From IMG/VR virus record IMGVR_UViG_3300000944_000001, positions 1 to 50,039 of that record: 50,039 nt of DNA, one strand, 5' to 3'. The position numbers were made by a program, and so were the translations under genes. Numbering within the stretch: the stretch's first letter is position 1; every line of letters begins with the position of its first letter. Source of the DNA: a virus. Positions 44,236 through 50,039 of the stretch are shown one piece after another. A model generated the notes under the pieces. That model saw only the letters and a list, made by a program, of their open reading frames with translations, did no database searches and was not told the origin of the DNA.

Positions 44236-44543
44236 TTGATAAATTCAAATGGCTTTGCAGCCAACCCTTCATAATTTTAGCCGCCGTCTTGGCGGCTTTA
44301 TTGTTTCTAACTGCGGGGGATGACATTGCCTTCATCCGCGAGACAGTTGGCGGCGGTCTTCTAATCAAAACAGTCACGGCCTTTGCGGCCGTCTTTGTTT
44401 GGATGGCTTGCTGCCTGATTTATAAATTAGTTCGTGTTTGGATTTCTGACAAAAAGGATATAAGTGATGCGCCGTTTTACATGGTTTTTCTTGGCCTCTC
44501 TGGCATTTCTATCGCTCTTATCATCGCCAGCATATTCGGCTAA
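44232..44543 (+). CDS. Holin candidate (three predicted TM segments)
   Basis: 103 aa with TM segments PFIILAAVLAALLFLTA, LLIKTVTAFAAVFVWMACCLIY and FYMVFLGLSGISIALIIASIF. Confidence 0.6.
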   Translation: MIDKFKWLCSQPFIILAAVLAALLFLTAGDDIAFIRETVGGGLLIKTVTAFAAVFVWMACCLIYKLVRVWISDKKDISDAPFYMVFLGLSGISIALIIASIFG

Positions 44544-45717
44544 CGCCCCCGCCCGGGATCGCTTCGCGCCGTGCCATCAATATGACGCGGACATCGCCAA
44601 GGCGGTGTCCCGTTGGTGGGGGGTCTATGATTACCCGCTGGCATGGAAGGCGCAGCTTTACCAGGAAAGCCTTTGCAATCCCCGCGCGGTTAGCCCCGCA
44701 GGTGCAAAGGGTTTGGCGCAGTTCATGCCGGCAACTTGGCGCGATATGGAAGCCCGCTTTGGTGTCCGCGCGTCTGCCCATTCTGACATTGCGATTGATT
44801 ATGGCGCTTATTTCATGGCCAAACAAATGCGCATTTGGAAAGCCAAGCGGCCACAACATGAACGCTGGCGGCTTGGTCTAACCAGTTACAATGCGGGCGC
44901 AGGCAACATAATCAAGGCGCAGACAAAATGTGATGGCGCGGCGCTTTGGTCGCAAATAAAATATTGTCTGCATTTGGTCACAGGCCGTCATGCGTCCGAA
45001 ACCAAAACTTATGTCACGCGCATTGAAAGATGGTGGCAGGAACTGGCCTATGACAAGCCTTGGGAAATCGCCCCCGGCTTGCGGCGTGATTTGGACAGCC
45101 GCGTCATCGGTGACCTGAAGACCCGTTTCAACATCATCCGTTTTTTCAATGGCCGGTCATGGTGTACTTATTGGCAACCTTGGCTGCCTGAAATGATCAC
45201 CGCTTGGGTGTCCGCTGAACATTGTCACCAAGAAATGGGCGGACAGACCCCGCCTGCCATTGACGCTGACACGGTGGTCACAGAGCCAACATCATTTGAC
45301 GCGGTGCGTTATTCAATCGCCAAACCAAGCGCGCGGCCGCGCGCCATGATTGAAGGCGAAGAAGACGGCGAAGGTGTTTTCATTGTCGGCTATCCGGCGG
45401 CATCTGGTGAACCTACGCTGCGGCGCGCGCGGGTCTATTTCAAGCGGCAATTTTCGGCGTCTGCCACATATGACAAGCCCGCCATGATTATCCTGATCGA
45501 GACACCCCGCCGATATGTCAGCGGAGCAGCTTATGAACCTGTCATTGGCGGTATGAGCGGCGGCGGTGTCTTCAGCCTGTCTTATGAACCGCTTGGCGTT
45601 CTGGTCACCATGAACGGTCAAGCTGATTTAACCAAAGACGGCATCCCCGACAGTAGCGCAGACGCCACCACGCTGCGCGAAGTTTGGGGCATGACCCAAA
45701 CGGAGATTTTAAATTGA
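44467..45717 (+). CDS. Secreted lytic transglycosylase (SLT domain) fused to a trypsin-like serine peptidase domain
   Basis: Signal peptide MRRFTWFFLASLAFLSLLSSPAYSA. SLT motifs are YQESLCNPRAVSPAGAKGLAQFMPATW and SYNAGAGN. Peptidase motifs are SAEHCH and GGMSGGGVF. Confidence 0.75.
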   Translation: MRRFTWFFLASLAFLSLLSSPAYSANAPARDRFAPCHQYDADIAKAVSRWWGVYDYPLAWKAQLYQESLCNPRAVSPAGAKGLAQFMPATWRDMEARFGVRASAHSDIAIDYGAYFMAKQMRIWKAKRPQHERWRLGLTSYNAGAGNIIKAQTKCDGAALWSQIKYCLHLVTGRHASETKTYVTRIERWWQELAYDKPWEIAPGLRRDLDSRVIGDLKTRFNIIRFFNGRSWCTYWQPWLPEMITAWVSAEHCHQEMGGQTPPAIDADTVVTEPTSFDAVRYSIAKPSARPRAMIEGEEDGEGVFIVGYPAASGEPTLRRARVYFKRQFSASATYDKPAMIILIETPRRYVSGAAYEPVIGGMSGGGVFSLSYEPLGVLVTMNGQADLTKDGIPDSSADATTLREVWGMTQTEILN

Positions 45718-46085
45718 CAGATCAGCCGCTGAAAAAAGGCAAAGCCAATAATTTCTTGCCAGGGTCTGCGCTTGTCATGACCCCCATTGAGTTTGCGGCC
45801 GAAGCGGGTGAAATCCCCTTTACTATAGATGATGACTTTCGAGTTCTTATAAAATCGCCGCATTCCAAAGATGTGGTTTATGATAAAACGACAGACCCCG
45901 CTTTGTTATTGGTTCCAATTGACGGCGGTGTCAGGCTTGAACTGACTATCCCCGGCAAAACCACGGCGGGTCTGAACAATGAAAATTGGCTTTTGATTGA
46001 ACGCGGTCCGGCAGGCAATGCCGTTCCATGGATTTGGCTGCCGCTGTCTGAAGAGACAGCGGGCGGCGGATGTCGTTCATGTTAA
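45684..46085 (+). CDS. Hypothetical protein
   Basis: 133-aa ORF. An alternative TTG start at 45714 would give a 4-nt overlap with the upstream stop. Confidence 0.5.
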   Translation: MGHDPNGDFKLTDQPLKKGKANNFLPGSALVMTPIEFAAEAGEIPFTIDDDFRVLIKSPHSKDVVYDKTTDPALLLVPIDGGVRLELTIPGKTTAGLNNENWLLIERGPAGNAVPWIWLPLSEETAGGGCRSC

Positions 46086-46330
46086 TTCGCCAGATTACAT
46101 CTGCGCCCCGGCAGATTGTCAGACAAATTTTGTCTGAAAATAATGTGACAGTTTTTCACCCGCCTGGTGCGGGGCCTGTCACCCAACATCAATGCCCGCA
46201 ATCTATCACTGCCCAATATTTAGAGCAGCGATTAAGTGAACGGATTGACCAAGATAATGTCCGCGATGATGCGGCTTATGCCCTGAAGACCCCCAACTTA
46301 CTAAACATTTATAGGAGTTCAAAACTATGA
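46070..46330 (+). CDS. Hypothetical protein
   Basis: 86-aa ORF overlapping both neighbours. Confidence 0.45.
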   Translation: MSFMLIRQITSAPRQIVRQILSENNVTVFHPPGAGPVTQHQCPQSITAQYLEQRLSERIDQDNVRDDAAYALKTPNLLNIYRSSKL

Positions 46331-46911
46331 CACAGAACACAAACTTAGCGAATTTTGCCGCCGAAGTCGGTAGCGATATTAAAACCGCAAATGACAACCA
46401 CGCAATCTTCGCGGCGTTCCTTAATGGCAATGCCGCTGATTTGACTGGTCTTTCAACATCAGCCAAAAACAACCTTGTCGCCGCGATTAATGAAGTTCTT
46501 GGAATTGCCCAAGCCGCCGCAAATTCAGGTTACACTGACGGCCAAGCTGACAGTCGCGTTCAAGCGGCTAAAGGTAGTCTTACAACGGCCGCTAGCGACA
46601 AGTGGGCATCTACTGCGGATTTGATTGCTGAACTTGCAAATGTTCAGGCAAATGCCGTAACCGCGGCGGTCAATCAAATCACAGATGGCGCAGGTGATGC
46701 GTATAATACGCTTAAAGAAATCCAAACTGACCTTGAAGGTGATCAGACTGTTCTTGATAATCTTATGGCTGCGGTTTCTAAACGTGTCGCCGTTGATCAG
46801 GTGCAATCCTTTTCTGCCGCAGAAAAACTGCAAGGGTGTGAAAATCTTGGGATTGGTGACCCTACAACGGATTTCTTAACGGCTTACACTAACGCGCGTG
46901 ATGCGGCTTAG
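46327..46911 (+). CDS. Tail-fibre-like protein
   Basis: LSTSAKNNLVAAINEV and AYNTLKEIQTDLEGDQTVLDNL...AAEKLQGCENLGIG are motifs I recall from phage tail fibres. Confidence 0.6.
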   Translation: MTQNTNLANFAAEVGSDIKTANDNHAIFAAFLNGNAADLTGLSTSAKNNLVAAINEVLGIAQAAANSGYTDGQADSRVQAAKGSLTTAASDKWASTADLIAELANVQANAVTAAVNQITDGAGDAYNTLKEIQTDLEGDQTVLDNLMAAVSKRVAVDQVQSFSAAEKLQGCENLGIGDPTTDFLTAYTNARDAA

Positions 46912-46914
46912 TTC

Positions 46915-47493
46915 ATGACAGCCCTTTCGCAGATAGCCGCAGCCCTTGCGGCTATCGGCGCAGACATGAAAACCGCCCTCGCCAATTCTGGCGGCGGCAC
47001 CCCTGTCTCACTTAATATCACCACTGAACCAGATTATATTTATGACAAAATATGGGCAGAAGAAAACGCGGCGATTTCAAGTAATCAAGCAGAATACTCT
47101 TACGGAAATGGCGCGGCGGGTCCGATTGGTATTCCACATAATGGTCAAGAGGGTTGGGAGGTTGTGGAGATGTTTTTTCAAGCTGACGTTCACGCGGCAA
47201 GCGCTGTTGCAACTGTCGTGTGTAAACAATTTGAAACTGAAGCGACCAATAACCCAAGCTATGATGTATGTGAAATAACAATTAATGGCGCATCAGATGG
47301 TGGCGGCCAAACAAACCACTCTTATAAAACAATAACATTCGACCCGCCCAAACCTTTGCCATTTCCAACAAGTTTCGCGCCTCTTGGTTTTTACACAGAA
47401 ACAGTTTCAGGCGGCACAATATCTGATGTGCGTGTCGGTATAAAAATGCGCCGCAAAGTTGGCGACAAGGTTATTGGTGTTTCGCTGCAATAA
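46915..47493 (+). CDS. Hypothetical protein sharing an N-terminal motif with the preceding fibre-like protein
   Basis: LSQIAAALAAIGADMKTALAN here, compared with LANFAAEVGSDIKTANDN in the preceding ORF. Confidence 0.55.
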   Translation: MTALSQIAAALAAIGADMKTALANSGGGTPVSLNITTEPDYIYDKIWAEENAAISSNQAEYSYGNGAAGPIGIPHNGQEGWEVVEMFFQADVHAASAVATVVCKQFETEATNNPSYDVCEITINGASDGGGQTNHSYKTITFDPPKPLPFPTSFAPLGFYTETVSGGTISDVRVGIKMRRKVGDKVIGVSLQ

Positions 47494-47520
47494 GCCATCC
47501 CCTCTGTAAATGGAGTTTCT

Positions 47521-47958
47521 ATGATCACCAAATTCATCACCGCAGGCGCAAAGCTTTTCAACATGGAAGCCGCTGCCTTCGCCATCTGTTTTTCGTTTAT
47601 CGCGGCGGGCGGTATCTTCACCGGCGCATATTATCTGGGGGATAAAAATGGCAATGAACGCTGTCAGGCCGCCTGGGAAAAGGGTGTTGACAAAGCCGAA
47701 GACCGTGCGGCTGACAGCGCAAATGATTTTGCCGCAGGCGCAGGCGCTGTCCCTGCCGTCATCGAGCGTGAAACCCAAACAATTTACCGCGTTGATGACA
47801 CGGCCGTCAAAGAAGTCGCGCGACTTGAAGCGCAAATTGAAGATCTAAAATGGGAATTAGAAAATGACAAAGTTGAAAATGTTTGTAGCGGCCTTGTGCC
47901 TGAACCTTGGCGGATGCAACACGACAAAGCAGATCGTTTCTTATCAGGCTTACAGTAA
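47521..47958 (+). CDS. i-spanin candidate (Rz-like)
   Basis: N-terminal TM segment AAAFAICFSFIAAGGIFTGAYYL, then a charged coiled-coil periplasmic part. It contains the start of the lipoprotein ORF. Confidence 0.65.
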   Translation: MITKFITAGAKLFNMEAAAFAICFSFIAAGGIFTGAYYLGDKNGNERCQAAWEKGVDKAEDRAADSANDFAAGAGAVPAVIERETQTIYRVDDTAVKEVARLEAQIEDLKWELENDKVENVCSGLVPEPWRMQHDKADRFLSGLQ

Positions 47959-48268
47959 GCCTGACGCGCGCGAGGTCATCACGGTCAAGCCTGAATTGCT
48001 TGATGTCAAACCGCTATCTGACCGCCCGCCTGCCACAGATTACCCGTCCCTTCATCAGCGCGGCATCATCATCGCCACAGATTTAATCCGCGACCGGGGC
48101 CAGCTTATTCAGCTTGTCGGCGCGGTCAAACAGCGCGAGCATTCCGAAGCGCAGATTGTCGCCGCTGAAAAGGCGCGCGCGGCCGAAGTGGACGCGCTTA
48201 TCATCCAACTTAACGATAACGAAGCCAAGCGCGCCAAGCCTTGGTTCAAAAGGCTATTCTCAAAATGA
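47864..48268 (+). CDS. o-spanin candidate (Rz1-like lipoprotein), overlapped arrangement
   Basis: Lipobox LNLGGC after a signal-like MTKLKMFVAALC. It starts 95 nt before the i-spanin stop in another frame. Confidence 0.6.
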   Translation: MTKLKMFVAALCLNLGGCNTTKQIVSYQAYSKPDAREVITVKPELLDVKPLSDRPPATDYPSLHQRGIIIATDLIRDRGQLIQLVGAVKQREHSEAQIVAAEKARAAEVDALIIQLNDNEAKRAKPWFKRLFSK

Positions 48269-48594
48269 CTGATCATAAAGTCAAGAAATGGGTGAACCCA
48301 AATGCACCCGAAGAAGGCTATAGATTTTTATGTCCGGGCTGCAATGAACATCATCAAGTTTGGACAAAGCACATTCACGGCAATCCCGCATGGTCATTCA
48401 ATGGAAGCTTGACCGCGCCGACTTTCACCCCAAGCATTTTGGTGACCAAGCCCGCTTGGAAAGATGATGATGAAGTTCTGCCTTCAGAGCGGTGCCATTC
48501 ATTTGTGACAAACGGCAACATCAGGTTTTTAACAGATTGCAGCCATGCCCTTGCGGGGCAAACTGTCCCCCTTCCCAACATCGAAAAGGTTTAA
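48265..48594 (+). CDS. Small Cys/His-rich protein (DUF6527-like from memory), function unknown
   Basis: FLCPGCNEHHQVW...WSFNGSLTAPTFTPSIL...RCHSFVTNGNIRFLTDCSHALAGQTVPL. ATGA overlap with the o-spanin stop. Confidence 0.6.
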   Translation: MTDHKVKKWVNPNAPEEGYRFLCPGCNEHHQVWTKHIHGNPAWSFNGSLTAPTFTPSILVTKPAWKDDDEVLPSERCHSFVTNGNIRFLTDCSHALAGQTVPLPNIEKV

Positions 48595-48597
48595 TTC

Positions 48598-49410
48598 ATG
48601 CCCAAATCCCTCAAATTTATTTCATGGAATATCAAACATTTCAGCGGTCGCGCGTCTGACCGTTTGGACGGTGTGGTTCAATATCTGAAGAAAGTGGACG
48701 CGGACATCATCAGCCTTTATGAAATTAAAGGGTCTAAAATCTTTGGCTTGTTGGCGCAGTTGATGCCCGGCTATTCTTGGATGACCACGGCGGGCGCGCA
48801 GTCACAGGAAATCCTTGTTGGTGTCCGCGAAGGTCTTGGCACGATTGGCTTTGAACAGACTGACAGCTTCAAGGCCCGCAATAATTTCTTGCGGCCTGGT
48901 CTGTTGACAAACATAAAATTGCCAAGCGGTGACATTTTCACATTCTTGTCCCTGCATTTAAAATCCCATGCAGATTATCAGGCCCTTGCGGTGCGTGAAG
49001 AACAATTTGCGGCGCTCTATAGCCTGTCCAAAAAGCTGAAGGCCAAAGGCATCAAGCTGATTGCTATGGGTGATCTGAACACAATGGGTTTGGCTTTGCC
49101 CTATGGCCACGGCTTTGACACTGCCGCAGAATTTGAAATGAAGAAACGCAAAATCAGCAATGCGGGGCTGAAGCTTTGCAGTAAAGATTGGGACCACACT
49201 TGGACGCCTAGCAAAAATTCAGACTATGATCAGGCTGACCTTGACCATGTGCTTGCCCATGAAGATGTTGACTTCATCCCGCAGGGCAAGAACGGCGCGG
49301 CCATTGCCGTGGATTGGCCAAGCAATTACAGCCCCCGCAGCGCGCGGTCAACTTGGTATCGAGACACTATGAGCGACCACGCGCCTATCATTGGCGCGGT
49401 GCACATTTAA
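48598..49410 (+). CDS. Endonuclease/exonuclease/phosphatase (EEP, DNase I-like) family protein
   Basis: FISWNIKHF, DADIISLYEI, LHLKSH, MGDLNT and MSDHAPI motifs appear in the expected order. Confidence 0.85.
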   Translation: MPKSLKFISWNIKHFSGRASDRLDGVVQYLKKVDADIISLYEIKGSKIFGLLAQLMPGYSWMTTAGAQSQEILVGVREGLGTIGFEQTDSFKARNNFLRPGLLTNIKLPSGDIFTFLSLHLKSHADYQALAVREEQFAALYSLSKKLKAKGIKLIAMGDLNTMGLALPYGHGFDTAAEFEMKKRKISNAGLKLCSKDWDHTWTPSKNSDYDQADLDHVLAHEDVDFIPQGKNGAAIAVDWPSNYSPRSARSTWYRDTMSDHAPIIGAVHI

Positions 49411-49870
49411 CCGGTGCGCACCATTTATGTTTACGGCCCCGCCACGGCGCGGCCAGACGGGCGCGGATCATGTGGTCATCATACCATTTGCCCTTGGTGA
49501 TGCGCGTCCTGACTAGCGGCCTGCCATAATAATCATGGCGGCCCGTTGGTTTAATCCAAACCTTGCGGCCGCCTAACAAGGCCTCTGCCTCGATCGCGGC
49601 CAGTTCACCAAGCCTGCGTTCCGCTTCGCATTTATATCCATGACGAGGGTCATCTGATGTTTCAGGTGTGTCAATTCCCGCTTCACGATATTTCACCCCA
49701 TCCGCCCAAAACGTGTCGCCATCCACGACTCGTTCAACCTGCGCCCAATAACCCGTTGTGCGTTCAAGCTTCGGCTTGGCCCCATAGGCAGGCGCTTTTG
49801 CCAGGCAATTTGTGGCCGTGGCCCAGAATAATGTGATGAAAATTAAAGTTTTCAAAATCATCTCCCGCAT
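49388..49870 (-). CDS. Secreted staphylococcal-nuclease-like (SNase/thermonuclease) protein
   Basis: Signal peptide MILKTLIFITLFWATATNCLA. Motifs VVDGDTFW, AGIDTPE and DYYGRPL. GGGAG precedes ATG 49870 and ATG 49861. The ORF is open to 49912. Confidence 0.85.
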   Translation of the reverse strand: MREMILKTLIFITLFWATATNCLAKAPAYGAKPKLERTTGYWAQVERVVDGDTFWADGVKYREAGIDTPETSDDPRHGYKCEAERRLGELAAIEAEALLGGRKVWIKPTGRHDYYGRPLVRTRITKGKWYDDHMIRARLAAPWRGRKHKWCAPVKCAPRQ

Positions 49871-49994
49871 TTCTCCCGTCTTATATGTCCAAATACAGGC
49901 AAATAACAACAAATATTAACCAATATCGCAACATAATTTATAGAATATATTTTCCAAAATCCTCAAATTATCTATATATTTCAGTTTGTTAGGA

Positions 49995-50039
49995 TGGTGC
50001 GCGATACTGGGATTGAACCAGTGACCCCTACAATGTCAA
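49995..50039 (-). tRNA. 3' part of tRNA-Val(GAC) and right att core; the gene probably continues beyond the window end
   Basis: The reverse complement reads anticodon loop TTGACAT (GAC), T-arm ACTGG-TTCAATC-CCAGT, acceptor ATCGCGC, A and CCA. It is truncated by the window at the anticodon loop. Confidence 0.8.

Larger units (their letters stand above)
1..50039. mobile_element. Integrated lambda-like temperate prophage (siphovirus-type gene order) bounded by tRNA-derived att repeats
   Basis: An exact 45-nt direct repeat lies at both window ends. An integrase sits next to the left repeat. The CI/Cro switch, replication genes, lambda-order head and tail modules and lysis genes all lie between the repeats. 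Confidence 0.9.

Overview
The window is one complete integrated temperate prophage of about 50 kb. It is bounded by an exact 45-nt direct repeat (1-45 and 49995-50039), which is the 3' end of a minus-strand tRNA-Val(GAC) gene. The gene order is lambda-like. From the left it runs: tyrosine integrase and an Xis-like gene; a CI/Cro immunity switch with four copies of a 15-bp operator; a 186-type CII-like gene; then a long rightward early operon. That operon holds a Zn-finger/Toprim primase, a Gp37/Gp68-family protein, a GcrA-like regulator, a DnaQ-type exonuclease, a beta-class DNA methyltransferase, an HNH protein and a P4/D5-type primase-helicase. Next comes a run of small ORFs (by eye lower GC) that includes two Lar-like proteins, then a strong terminator. 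A repeat-dense stretch of roughly 0.5-0.9 kb follows, with doubtful coding. The late genes are a lambda-type head module (Nu1-like, GpA, W, portal, S49 protease/scaffold, D, E), a tail module (V, G/GT with a canonical -1 slippery site, tape measure, M, L, K, I-J fusion), extra fibre genes and a split lysis cassette. At the right end, next to the tRNA, sit an EEP-family nuclease and a convergent secreted SNase-type nuclease. The GcrA homologue suggests an alphaproteobacterial host (inference). I saw no rRNA, CRISPR array, transposase or IS element. All functional calls come from motifs read by eye and from synteny. No database search was run.
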